Translations under genes and position numbers: made by a program
Shown: positions 55,790 to 64,000 of the stretch, piece by piece
How positions within the stretch are numbered: position 1 is the stretch's first letter
Layout of the letters: each line of letters starts with the position of its first letter
The notes under the pieces: generated by a model
The model's database searches: none
What the model saw: the letters and a program-made list of their open reading frames with translations, nothing else
Told to the model about the DNA's origin: nothing
Source of the DNA: an uncultured bacterium
Lineage (GTDB): Bacteria > Patescibacteriota > JAHJAL01
Direction of reading: 5' to 3'
Assembly (NCBI GenBank): GCA_938004065.1
Contig: CALKWM010000020.1
Span: 1,813 to 65,812 of the forward strand
Length of the DNA: 64,000 nucleotides

Positions 55790-56725
55790 ATGTATTTGAT
55801 TGAAAAAGAACAATTTGAGCGGTTTCCGGTACAGATGGTTGAGCTAGCAAAAATGGCGGAGGAGATGGGATATGAGGTGAGTTGGGTGGATAAATGGTCC
55901 GGGGGTTTGATGGAAATCAATGGCCGTTTTTTTGGTTATGGATTAATACCGAAGTTTCCTTTAAATAGTGGTATTTCGAGGCAATTGGTGAGGGATAAAG
56001 TGTATGGTTACATGTTAATGGAAAAAAATGGAATTAAGGTGCCCGAAGGAGATTATTTTTTTCGATATGATGAAAAATATTTGAAACAAACTGAGGGCAA
56101 GGGAGTGCAAGAAGCAATTGAATTTGCTAGCCGTTTGAATTATCCGGTTTTTGTGAAACCTAATCGCGGAGCTTTGGGAAGAGATTGTAAACTGGTGATA
56201 AATGTGGAAGAGTTGAAAGATGGATTGGAAAAAATATGGACTAGTGATTTTATGGCGATTATCCAAAGAGTATTAAATGGTAGAGAATATCGAGTGATGT
56301 TTTTGGATGGAGAGGTGATATTGGCTTATGAAAAAAGTAAGTTGTATGTGGAAGGAGATGGGATAACAAATCTCAAACAAAAAGCAAAGAAGCAGGAATC
56401 AAGAATAAAGAAGCAAGATGAAGAAAAGATACTCAAAAAAGGGGAGAGATATTATTTGACAGATGTGGCGAATTTGAGCGGGGGTGGGGTGGTAGTGGGG
56501 GTGGTTGATGACTATAGTGATGGATTGAAGAATTTAGTGAAAAAAATATCAGATGTTTTTGATCTTAGGTATGGCGGGATTGATTTTATCGGTGGAGATG
56601 TAAACAATGTTGATGAGTTAACGGTTTTCGAGGTAAATGCTGATCCCGGGTTGGAAGGGTTTTTGGAGTTTGATCGGGAGAGGGGAATGGGAGTGTTGCA
56701 AAAATTATTGAAGGCGAGTTTTTGA
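55790..56725 (+). CDS. ATP-grasp domain protein (RimK/cyanophycin-synthetase-like)
   Basis: YPVFVKPNRGALGRDCKLV is typical of ATP-grasp enzymes. The overall length is about 310 aa. Confidence 0.5.
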   Translation: MYLIEKEQFERFPVQMVELAKMAEEMGYEVSWVDKWSGGLMEINGRFFGYGLIPKFPLNSGISRQLVRDKVYGYMLMEKNGIKVPEGDYFFRYDEKYLKQTEGKGVQEAIEFASRLNYPVFVKPNRGALGRDCKLVINVEELKDGLEKIWTSDFMAIIQRVLNGREYRVMFLDGEVILAYEKSKLYVEGDGITNLKQKAKKQESRIKKQDEEKILKKGERYYLTDVANLSGGGVVVGVVDDYSDGLKNLVKKISDVFDLRYGGIDFIGGDVNNVDELTVFEVNADPGLEGFLEFDRERGMGVLQKLLKASF

Positions 56726-56870
56726 GTAAATTAAATAAAGTATCAAGTATCAAGGATCAAGGATCCCAGCCCAAGGATGGTCCGCCTAGGGCGGAAAGTA
56801 TGGAGTCGCTAAAGCGACTATTATAAAATAGGCAGGAAAAAAGCCATCGGATGTTTTGACGGCTTTTTTT

Positions 56871-57503
56871 TTATGAATTTTTGTTTTTGATAGGGATTTT
56901 AGCTTGAATGTGGTCAATGCATCTTTCGTCGTCTAATCCATAGCCACGATACCAAAGTTCTGATGGAACTTTGAAATAGGGAGCTAATTTATAAAACAGT
57001 GGAAATTCTGATAATTTATTTTTCAGTTGTTCAAAAGGGTGTTTGTTAATCATGGTAAAAATAGAAATATTAATCGGGAAAAAAGGAGATTTGGAAAAGG
57101 TATCTAGCAATGTTAAAATAGTTGTTCCTTTGTCATACATGCAATCGATGATGATAATTTTTTTATTTTTAATTACATCCGGAAGTTTGGGTGAATAATT
57201 GACAGTCATCTCTTTTAATCTTTTTTCATTTTTGAAAGACATGACATCAACATATGCGATATCAAGTCTTTTGGGATTGTTAATGTATTTCATAAGGTTG
57301 TTGGGATATTTTACCGCTCCAGCAATTTCGACTGGTACTAGTACCACCTCTTCATTAGTGGCAAAAATTTCATTAAAAAATGCTGCTTGAATTTCGCAGC
57401 GTTCGTCGAGTTTTTCCGCGGAAATGAATGGGTTGAATTCACCCGGTTTCCATGAGGATGGTACGTGCAGTTCCTCAATTTCATATTTCTTTGTTTTAGT
57501 CAT
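56871..57503 (-). CDS. Phosphoribosyltransferase-like protein
   Basis: The PRPP-binding-like motif is IIIIDCMYDKGTTI. The start is moved to MTKTKKYE, with the RBS AAGGAGG 7 nt upstream. Confidence 0.4.
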   Translation of the reverse strand: MTKTKKYEIEELHVPSSWKPGEFNPFISAEKLDERCEIQAAFFNEIFATNEEVVLVPVEIAGAVKYPNNLMKYINNPKRLDIAYVDVMSFKNEKRLKEMTVNYSPKLPDVIKNKKIIIIDCMYDKGTTILTLLDTFSKSPFFPINISIFTMINKHPFEQLKNKLSEFPLFYKLAPYFKVPSELWYRGYGLDDERCIDHIQAKIPIKNKNS

Positions 57504-57695
57504 TTTTTCGACCTCCTTAAAAATGATTGTAGGTAGATAATAGCATAGAGAAAAAAATTGTTCAATTCTTTTTTTCAATCCGTGTTTTGGTGTATAATGA
57601 TATTTGGGGCAAATTAAGAAATAAGAAGTAAGAAATAAGTAAAAAGTAAATCAATTTTTTCTTAGTTCTTATTTCTTGTTTCTTGCTTCTTTTCT

Positions 57696-57753
57696 GGAGG
57701 GTTGGCTTAAGTGGTCGCCTCTTCGGCGACCTGCCGATGAGGCAGGTTGAAAG
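57696..57753 (+). pseudogene. 5' fragment of tRNA-Ser(GCU), about the first 26 nt, interrupted by a 31-nt twin-hairpin insert
   Basis: GGAGGGTTGGCTtAAGTGGT-[cgcctcttcggcgacctgccgatgaggcagg]-TTGAAAG compares with the intact GGAGGGTTGGCTGAGTGGTTGAAAGC at 58022. Confidence 0.6.
57710..57750 (+). repeat. 41-bp twin-hairpin direct repeat, copy 1
   Basis: agtGGTCGCC-tcttc-GGCGACC then ACCTGCC-gatga-GGCAGGT, followed by tga. Two 7-bp stems share the ACC. Confidence 0.75.
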
Positions 57754-57767
57754 TATTATATTAAAAA

Positions 57768-58043
57768 ATGTATTATACATATGTGCTTATAAGTAAAGGT
57801 GATGGTAGATTGTATATTGGTAGTACTTCAAATTTAAAAAGACGTTTTGAGGAACATAATAAAGGTTTAAATAAATCTACTAAAAATAGAAGGCCTTTTA
57901 AATTGATTTACTATGAGGCCTATATTTTAAAAAAAGATGCAACTAAGGCGGAAATGTTCTTTAAAAGTGGTTATGGAAGAGAAGTATTAAAAGGTAAGCT
58001 TAGTTATTTTTACCAATCTATGGAGGGTTGGCTGAGTGGTTGA
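57768..58043 (+). CDS. GIY-YIG nuclease-domain protein (small stand-alone URI domain)
   Basis: YTYVLISKGDGRLYIGSTSNLKRRFEEHN is the GIY-YIG motif pair. The last 22 nt including the stop overlap the 5' end of tRNA-Ser. Confidence 0.75.
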   Translation: MYYTYVLISKGDGRLYIGSTSNLKRRFEEHNKGLNKSTKNRRPFKLIYYEAYILKKDATKAEMFFKSGYGREVLKGKLSYFYQSMEGWLSG

Positions 58044-58110
58044 AAGCAGCGGCTTGCTAAGCCGTACTAGGGATTTTTCCTTAGCGGAGGTTCAAATCCT
58101 CCACCCTCCG
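58022..58110 (+). tRNA. tRNA-Ser (anticodon GCU)
   Basis: GGAGGGTTGGCTGAGTGGTTGAAAGCAGCGGCTTGCTAAGCCGT...GGAGGTTCAAATCCTCCACCCTCCG has an acceptor stem of GGAGGGT/ACCCTCC. The anticodon loop TTGCTAA gives GCU, and there is a long variable arm. Confidence 0.85.
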
Positions 58111-58184
58111 TTTTGCAAGCGATAAGCAATAAGCTTTGGGCGGTAAGTTTACAAAGATCAATTTATTTTGGTTTTTTTTGAAAA

Positions 58185-58225
58185 AGTGGTTGCCTCTTCG
58201 GCGACCTGCCGATGAGGCAGGTTGA
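58185..58225 (+). repeat. 41-bp twin-hairpin direct repeat, copy 2
   Basis: Identical except for one base (C to T). Together the copies bracket the GIY-YIG gene and tRNA-Ser. Confidence 0.75.
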
Positions 58226-58230
58226 TTATG

Positions 58231-58256
58231 AAAACACACTTATAAAGTGTGTTTTT
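58231..58256 (+). terminator. Intrinsic terminator
   Basis: AAACACAC-ttataa-GTGTGTTTTT. A near-identical terminator at 59829-59855 follows a tRNA 3' remnant. Confidence 0.6.
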
Positions 58257-58394
58257 GCTATTGACTTGTGTATTAGTAGAGCTATAATTGCGGTGGTTCT
58301 TTAAAATGTTGTTTTAAGATATTACGAATAGGAGGGATTATCAATAGATACTGGAGAATATGGTATCGAATTCTCCAAAGAAGACTTTGAATGG

Positions 58395-58898
58395 ATGTTT
58401 GAATTTTACGATAAAAATCGTAAAGACTTGTTTATGGGAGTAAAGAAAAAATCGTTTCAAAAGGTCGAAAATATTCATATTGAAACGGTTGCAAGAGATC
58501 TAAAGGACTTGATAAGTAGATATTTTTGCTACTTATACAATGATTATTGCTGGAGAGACGAAAATATTAGATTTAAGGATGGCATGGATAGAGCCATTCA
58601 GATATTAGAGGAGGCAAAAAAATTCATTTTGGCCTTTTTTCCAGAGGCGCTCATCAAAGGTGGATTTTGTGGTTATTTTTACACCTCAGGTGGGCCAACT
58701 GCTGTAAATGGCTGGGGAGATTGTTCATATGATGTTATAAAAATAAAACGAGCTCTTCATATGATTGATGATGCTATAGTAGAGATCAAATGCGGTTATG
58801 TGCATATCGGTGAAGGTGATTTTTACGATAAAACCTCTTTAGAATACAGGTTAAGCAGTTCGTTGGATCCACAGGGCTTAAGATTCTCACTATTTTAA
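58395..58898 (+). CDS. Hypothetical protein
   Basis: A 167-aa ORF. Confidence 0.4.
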   Translation: MFEFYDKNRKDLFMGVKKKSFQKVENIHIETVARDLKDLISRYFCYLYNDYCWRDENIRFKDGMDRAIQILEEAKKFILAFFPEALIKGGFCGYFYTSGGPTAVNGWGDCSYDVIKIKRALHMIDDAIVEIKCGYVHIGEGDFYDKTSLEYRLSSSLDPQGLRFSLF

Positions 58899-59151
58899 AA
58901 ACAAGTTTATAGCTTGGTTAACATAGATTAATCAATCTTTCTTTATATCCAATTTCTTAGTAATAAATCTATTTGAGAAGTTCTAATTTCATTACTCCTT
59001 GTTTATATGGGGAGTTATAATTAGAGATAATGTTTATTTAGATGTTGATGAAAATATAATATTTGTAAATACTCTTGTAAATAGTGTTATAATGCGATAT
59101 TGTATTGTAGTAAATTAAAAAACAATCAGATATGAGGGGAGATGAGATGAA

Positions 59152-59667
59152 GTGGATTTTAGTGTTAGAAGTTTGACGGAAAAATTGATTGGAGATTATG
59201 AGATATATTACAAGTTAGAGAAAAAAATACCATTCGGTTCCAAATTTTTACGTCGAGCAGGATCGGAAAATTCTCGTTTGGTTTCATGTTTTCCGGAATT
59301 AATGCAGAAAGCAATGAAGTTGGATTATCGACCGAGAAGGTTTACATTTTATTCAGCAGTTGAAGCTATATGGGAGAAAAAAATGGTACGTAGAAATCAA
59401 AAGGATTTGTTTCTTGTGGCATTAATGGAATTGAGGAAGACGTGGCGGATATGGGCTCCATTGAGGGAAGAAGATCGAATGATGTATGAGAGGTCGGTAA
59501 GAGATTTTGATAATTGGCTGGATATGGAGAAAAAGAAACAGGTTCTGGATGAAAATATTGAGAAAAATAGAGAATGTGTGGATATTGACAGAGTGGTAAA
59601 AATGGGAAGTGTTAAATATAGAGTTAAGGGGTCTTTTCAAATAGACTTGATAATATCGATATTGTAA
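59152..59667 (+). CDS. Hypothetical protein
   Basis: A 171-aa ORF. Confidence 0.4.
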   Translation: MDFSVRSLTEKLIGDYEIYYKLEKKIPFGSKFLRRAGSENSRLVSCFPELMQKAMKLDYRPRRFTFYSAVEAIWEKKMVRRNQKDLFLVALMELRKTWRIWAPLREEDRMMYERSVRDFDNWLDMEKKKQVLDENIEKNRECVDIDRVVKMGSVKYRVKGSFQIDLIISIL

Positions 59668-59783
59668 ATAAATAAATTTTTAAATGTTATAGAATTTAAG
59701 GTTAGTTGATGAAAATTGACTAACTATTTTTTATGCTCTATTTTCAAGTGGTATTTTTGCTATGTTGATTCTAATAGGATTTT

Positions 59784-59796
59784 CTACCACCCTCCG
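59784..59796 (+). other. Remnant of a tRNA-Ser 3' end, att-like
   Basis: ctaccaccctccgtttt matches the 3' end of tRNA-Ser(GCU) at 58098-58114. It is followed by the same taag-rich motif and terminator as the intact tRNA. Confidence 0.5.
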
Positions 59797-59893
59797 TTTT
59801 TGTAAGTAGTAAGTAATAAGTAATAAGTAAAACACGTTTATGATGCGTGTTTTTGTGATATGATGTGAGTATGAAATTTAACAAATTGAGGAG

Positions 59894-60247
59894 GTGAATG
59901 GGGTGTTAGAAGGTCAGTTCTATGCTGAGGTTTTTGCTCTGAGATCTTTGGATACTTATATTCAATATAGGGATATAATCCAAAAAGATTTTCAAAAAAT
60001 GGGTGAACTCTTAGTCGATGCCGAGGGGTGGTTCAAGTGTCCGGATGATCAAGAATTGAGCTTATATTATGATTCTGATTTAAATGATATAGATCAGATT
60101 ATGAAGAGGATAAGTGTGGTTAAACATTTGGCAATATGTATGCGTTGTCAAATGTTGATGTTATGGAAAGAATGGAAAGGAAAGGTAAGTCAAAAAGATT
60201 TTTTTGATCTCGCGGATAAATTGAAGGAAGAGGGTTATCTGGATTAA
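59894..60247 (+). CDS. Hypothetical protein; GTG start, possibly at 59903
   Basis: The RBS GAGGAGG at 59887-59893 favours the in-frame GTG at 59903. Confidence 0.4.
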   Translation: MNGVLEGQFYAEVFALRSLDTYIQYRDIIQKDFQKMGELLVDAEGWFKCPDDQELSLYYDSDLNDIDQIMKRISVVKHLAICMRCQMLMLWKEWKGKVSQKDFFDLADKLKEEGYLD

Positions 60248-60376
60248 AAAATGATGAATCAAAAAGACCGAGTAAATCGGTTTTTTGTAAATTTGATAAG
60301 GAAAGAAAATAGTAAAGCTAGCCGATTTGTGGCTAGCTTAATTATTAAATAATAAGGAAATATTTGATTGAAATTA

Positions 60377-61156
60377 TCATAATTCTGACCAGGTTTTAGT
60401 GGTGACTTTTCCATTAGTAAAAAAGACAGAACAGGATTGTATTGGAAATCCTGTTTGGTAATGCCAATATTCTGATTTACCGTAGTTTGCTATTTCTGTT
60501 TCACTGATTGATTCAGGTTCGCCAAGTATAGACTTTACTTGAGTTGTTGTCATATCTGCTTGGATTTCATTACATTTGTCTTTTGTAATTTTATTTTCTG
60601 ATACTTCAAATGTTTTTTCGGAGGATGAATTATTGTCAGTGTTGAGAGAATCGGCGAAGTCGTTGATTTCATCATTTTTGGCATTGAGATCGTCGATGAG
60701 GAGATTGTATTCTTCAACCGCGGTGTTAAATTTGGGGGTATCGGCGTAGTTGGTAACCATTTCTTTGGCTTTGGCGGTCAGCTTGTCGCATATTTCCAGG
60801 TATTCTTTGATGAGTGAGTTTAAGTCATTTGACTTGGAGGAAGTTTTGGCAAAATCTTTTAATATTTCTACTTTTTTATCAAATTCAACGCGAGCGCTAT
60901 CGATTTTGTCGGCACTTTCGTCAGCGGTAATGGTGTTGGTCAAATGTTCCAATACAAATACTATGTCATTGCGCAAATCGACTGTTTGGTTATTGTATTC
61001 AACAATATCTTGTTTGGTCTGAGTTTTTTCTTGTTCGATTTGAACTTGATTGTTGATTGCTTTGTAAGAATAATATCCGCCGACTAATAGCAAGATGACA
61101 ATTACACTGCAACAGCCGATAGCTACGCCGATAATGATTTTTTTAGAGTTGCTCAT
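60377..61156 (-). CDS. Membrane-anchored coiled-coil protein
   Basis: The N-terminal TM helix is IIIGVAIGCCSVIVILLLVGGYY, followed by a long charged coiled-coil-like region. Confidence 0.5.
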   Translation of the reverse strand: MSNSKKIIIGVAIGCCSVIVILLLVGGYYSYKAINNQVQIEQEKTQTKQDIVEYNNQTVDLRNDIVFVLEHLTNTITADESADKIDSARVEFDKKVEILKDFAKTSSKSNDLNSLIKEYLEICDKLTAKAKEMVTNYADTPKFNTAVEEYNLLIDDLNAKNDEINDFADSLNTDNNSSSEKTFEVSENKITKDKCNEIQADMTTTQVKSILGEPESISETEIANYGKSEYWHYQTGFPIQSCSVFFTNGKVTTKTWSEL

Positions 61157-61271
61157 TTGGTTTGAGGTTAGAGATAAATAAATATTTGATATGTTTTAAG
61201 TATAATATTATTTTTATTTATTTTATAATTATCTTGAAGCAGGTGTTTTATTTATTTTAATTAATACAAGT

Positions 61272-61730
61272 ATGAAAACCAAAGTTATGGGTTTGATGAT
61301 GGTTTTAAGTCTGACGTTGGTGGGTTGTACACCACCAAAGGTGGATGATACAAAAACAACTGATATGCCAAAGGAAGAGACGACTAAAATTGCCAATCCG
61401 GCGAGTGAAAACTGTGATGCAGTCGGTGGGGATTTAAAAATGGCGGATGTGTTGATCGATGGTGAAAAGTTTGGGCAATACGGTGTTTGTGAATTTGATG
61501 ATGGTAGGTTGTGTGAAGAATGGGCGTTGTTCAATGGTGATTGCCCGGTGGGTGGAGTAAAAGTAACCGGTTACGTATCGGAAGCGGGAAAGTTTTGTGC
61601 AATTACCGGTGGTGAGTATGCAGCAACCGGACAATTAGGGGAGACATTTGAACAGGGTACATGTACCGGAAAGACGGGAGTTGTCTGTGAAGTTTGGGAT
61701 TATTATCGGGGAGTTTGCAGTATCAGATAG
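61272..61730 (+). CDS. Lipoprotein with two DUF333-like Cys-rich repeats
   Basis: The lipobox LVGC is followed by two copies of C..(V/T)GG....C.F(D).G..C..W..(F/Y)....C. Confidence 0.5.
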   Translation: MKTKVMGLMMVLSLTLVGCTPPKVDDTKTTDMPKEETTKIANPASENCDAVGGDLKMADVLIDGEKFGQYGVCEFDDGRLCEEWALFNGDCPVGGVKVTGYVSEAGKFCAITGGEYAATGQLGETFEQGTCTGKTGVVCEVWDYYRGVCSIR

Positions 61731-61858
61731 AAAAGTGACGATAAAACATAAAAGACATTGTCTGTTGACGATGTCTTTTTTAAAATCATCACGCCAGAAT
61801 TTAAAAAAATTTGTATAATAGGTTTGTAACCGTTTATTTCGTTAATGGTGAAAATATT

Positions 61859-62287
61859 ATGGAAAAACCGATAAATGTGCTGGGAAGATTGGTGATAATT
61901 GATCAAGGAAATCTTTTGGTAGTCAAAAAAGCGGATTGGACATTTTTGCCGGGCGGGCATGTGGAGTATAACGAAGGTGTGAAAGACACGATTTTACGGG
62001 AATGTGTGGAGGAATTTGGTGGAAATGTGGAGGTGGGTGAGTTGATGGGGGTGTTGGAACATAGTTTTGAAGACAAAAATGGGCCTTATCACGAGATTAA
62101 TTTTGTTTTTGCCGGAAAATTGTTGGATATGAATTATCCTCAGGTACCAAAATCTCTGGAAGATGATTTGGAAGTAATCTGGATACCGCTTGATAAACTG
62201 GAGGAAAAAAATCTTTTGCCGAAGGAAATTTGGCCGATGATTAAAGGTGAATTTGGTGGAAAATGGATGAGTACGATGGAAAAGTAG
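61859..62287 (+). CDS. NUDIX hydrolase
   Basis: Nudix box GGHVEYNEGVKDTILRECVEEFG. The start is moved to MEKPINV. Confidence 0.8.
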   Translation: MEKPINVLGRLVIIDQGNLLVVKKADWTFLPGGHVEYNEGVKDTILRECVEEFGGNVEVGELMGVLEHSFEDKNGPYHEINFVFAGKLLDMNYPQVPKSLEDDLEVIWIPLDKLEEKNLLPKEIWPMIKGEFGGKWMSTMEK

Positions 62288-62309
62288 TATAATTTTTTTC
62301 TTTGTACTT

Positions 62310-62420
62310 TTTGATGCCAAAAAGTACCAAAAAGCACTGGGGGTCATAATTGCGGGTATCAAAAATTAAAGGTTATTTTGCGCTGTATAGCCGCAAGTAT
62401 GTCCCCCAGACCCCAAGATA
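62310..62420 (+). repeat. Long-hairpin repeat module G, copy 2
   Basis: Same stem sequences. Both copies lie 3' of plus-strand genes. Confidence 0.7.
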
Positions 62421-62509
62421 ACCATGTTATGACTTGTGTTGCTAGCTTGTAGTAAAAAATATTAGTTTTTAGATTTATTTCAATAGAAATATAGTTTTAA
62501 GGAGGATTT

Positions 62510-63202
62510 ATGAAGTATGAAATTTTGCATCAACCGTCTTATGCGGTGGCCAAGTTGATGTTGGACAAAGATGAAAGTGTGCAAGCCGAGAGTGGAGCAA
62601 TGGTTTCGATGAGTGATAATATCGAAGTGGAGACCGGTTTACAGTCCGGTGGTATCTGGGGAGCATTGAAAAGAACAGTATTGGGTGGGGAAAGTTTTTT
62701 TGTAAACACGTTTACTGCGGAGGATCGCGAGGGGGAGTTGATATTGGCGCCGGTTTTGTCAGGTGATGTATTTATCCAAGAATTGACTGACAAGGCGATG
62801 CTGGTCCAATCAGGATCATATCTGGCCGGATCGAAAACTTTGGAAGTGGATACCAAATGGGGCGGAGCGAAAACATTTTTTTCCGGTGAAGGATTGTTTA
62901 TGTTGCGAGTTTCCGGTAGTGGGGTTTTGATGATGTCAAGTTACGGAGCTATTCATGAAGTTGATTTGGTGGAGGGGCAAAAATATGTAATTGACACCGG
63001 ACACGTGGTGGCGTTTGATGAAGATGTAAAATATGAAGTAAAAAAAGTTGGTAACTGGAAATCAACATTTCTTTCCGGTGAAGGATTGGTGGTGGAATTA
63101 ACCGGTCCCGGGAAGGTTTTGTTGCAGACCAGGAGCTTTGAGTCGTTTTTAAATTATTTGATTCCCAAATTACCAAGGAATGATAGTGGGGGAAGAGAAT
63201 AG
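62510..63202 (+). CDS. AIM24/DUF124 (TIGR00266) family protein
   Basis: The RBS AAGGAGG lies upstream. The sequence is collinear with AIM24-family proteins. Confidence 0.55.
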   Translation: MKYEILHQPSYAVAKLMLDKDESVQAESGAMVSMSDNIEVETGLQSGGIWGALKRTVLGGESFFVNTFTAEDREGELILAPVLSGDVFIQELTDKAMLVQSGSYLAGSKTLEVDTKWGGAKTFFSGEGLFMLRVSGSGVLMMSSYGAIHEVDLVEGQKYVIDTGHVVAFDEDVKYEVKKVGNWKSTFLSGEGLVVELTGPGKVLLQTRSFESFLNYLIPKLPRNDSGGRE

Positions 63203-63253
63203 CAAGCAGTAAGCAATATGCAATAAGCAATGAACAATAAGCAATAAACAAAT

Positions 63254-64000
63254 ATGGATATTAAATTTTATTTAAAAGAATACAGTTGGCTGGTTATTCT
63301 TGTGGCTATCGGGTTGGGATTATGGTTGCCGAATACCGGTTTGGTCATTAAACCATATGTATCATATTTGTTGATGGGATTGATGTTTTTGTCGTGTGTA
63401 AATATTGATTTTTCTCGAAGCTGGAAGCATTTGAAAAAAATTCGAAAAGTGATATTTTCAATGTTTGTAATTTTCTTGTTGTCTGGTATTTTGGTGTATT
63501 TTTTTCGAGGTAATTTTAGTGATGATGTTTATTTGGGTTTGATTTTAACGACATCGATGCCGGCCGGTATAAGTGTAATATTTCTGTCAAAATTGTATGG
63601 TGGTAGTACCGCTAAGTCTTTGGTAATTAGTGTTTTGGCAAATATTCTTAGTCCGGTGTTGGTTCCCGTGATAGTTTTGTGGTTGGCGCAAACACAGATC
63701 GAAGTTAATGTCTGGCAGATGTTTTTGACAATTAGCAAGCTAGTTTTGTTTCCGATTGTTTTGGCTAGAATTGTTGGGATGACAGGATTTAGAAAAATAG
63801 TGGAAAGTGAAGGGACATATATTTCCATTATTCTATTGTTTGGTTTGATATGGGGTGTGGTGGCTCCTGTTGGTCCGGTTTTGTCTGAAACCAATAATTT
63901 ACTGTTGTTGGTTTTGATGGTTATACTGCTGGTTCTTTTAAATATTGTGATTGGATTGTGGTTGGGTAGTGATTGGAAAGCCAAAAAAACTTATGCGATT
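63254..64000 (+). CDS. Bile acid:sodium symporter (BASS)-family transporter, N-terminal part; the gene continues past the window end
   Basis: An open frame runs from ATG 63254 to the window edge with multiple TM helices. The listed 63529..63984 minus ORF is antisense to it. Confidence 0.55.
   Translation, partial: MDIKFYLKEYSWLVILVAIGLGLWLPNTGLVIKPYVSYLLMGLMFLSCVNIDFSRSWKHLKKIRKVIFSMFVIFLLSGILVYFFRGNFSDDVYLGLILTTSMPAGISVIFLSKLYGGSTAKSLVISVLANILSPVLVPVIVLWLAQTQIEVNVWQMFLTISKLVLFPIVLARIVGMTGFRKIVESEGTYISIILLFGLIWGVVAPVGPVLSETNNLLLLVLMVILLVLLNIVIGLWLGSDWKAKKTYAI

Noticed and set aside
57696-57753. A second functional tRNA-Ser gene upstream of the GIY-YIG ORF
   Set aside because: Only about the first 20-26 nt of the tRNA are present, and they are interrupted by a 31-nt insert. 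There is no anticodon arm, T-arm or acceptor 3' strand.
1-64000. A CRISPR array, given the many short direct repeats
   Set aside because: No regularly spaced 25-40-bp repeats with unique spacers were seen. The repeats present are long mosaic palindromic modules or isolated hairpins. No cas genes are present.

Overview
The window is visibly AT-rich bacterial DNA with many short ORFs and small lipoproteins, in a small-genome style. It falls into five parts.
(1) Positions 1-304 hold the 5' part of ddl on the minus strand.
(2) Positions ~600-19,550 are a dense, entirely minus-strand restriction/defense island. It holds a BglII/BamHI-like REase with a beta-class N4/N6 MTase; a P-loop kinase, histidine-phosphatase and HD trio; a PLD-nuclease::SNF2-helicase fusion with a 1095-aa gamma-class N6A MTase; and a tightly coupled four-gene operon of alpha-MTase, 329-aa ORF, DUF262/DUF1524 (GmrSD-like) protein and beta-MTase. 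The island is studded with GC-rich, palindromic, mosaic intergenic repeat modules that stand out from the surrounding DNA.
(3) Next come a small tyrosine recombinase, a ~125-bp direct repeat with a 46-bp identical core flanking an AAA_14/DUF4143 ATPase, tRNA-Ser(TGA), and housekeeping genes (YjbQ, SRAP, ABC-F, Nudix and others).
(4) Positions ~33.7-51.8 kb look like an integrated element. It carries a large serine recombinase, an excisionase-like HTH, two tandem paralogs, and a five-gene module of SNF2 helicase with a degenerate PLD domain, a DUF4391-like protein, a Type III Mod, an AlbA_2/Schlafen-like protein and a Type III Res. It also carries a Rep_trans rolling-circle initiator, SpoVG and a Panacea(SocA-like)/RelE-like toxin-antitoxin pair.
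(5) The remainder holds an RNase J-like beta-CASP enzyme, an ATP-grasp protein, a GIY-YIG gene overlapping tRNA-Ser(GCU) with duplicated tRNA fragments and twin-hairpin repeats, further Nudix/AIM24/DUF333 genes, and a partial BASS-family transporter.
No CRISPR array and no rRNA were seen. The most interesting items are the two paralogous SNF2-helicase-plus-adenine-MTase modules, whose nuclease content looks complementary, and the GC-rich mosaic repeat family embedded in the defense island.
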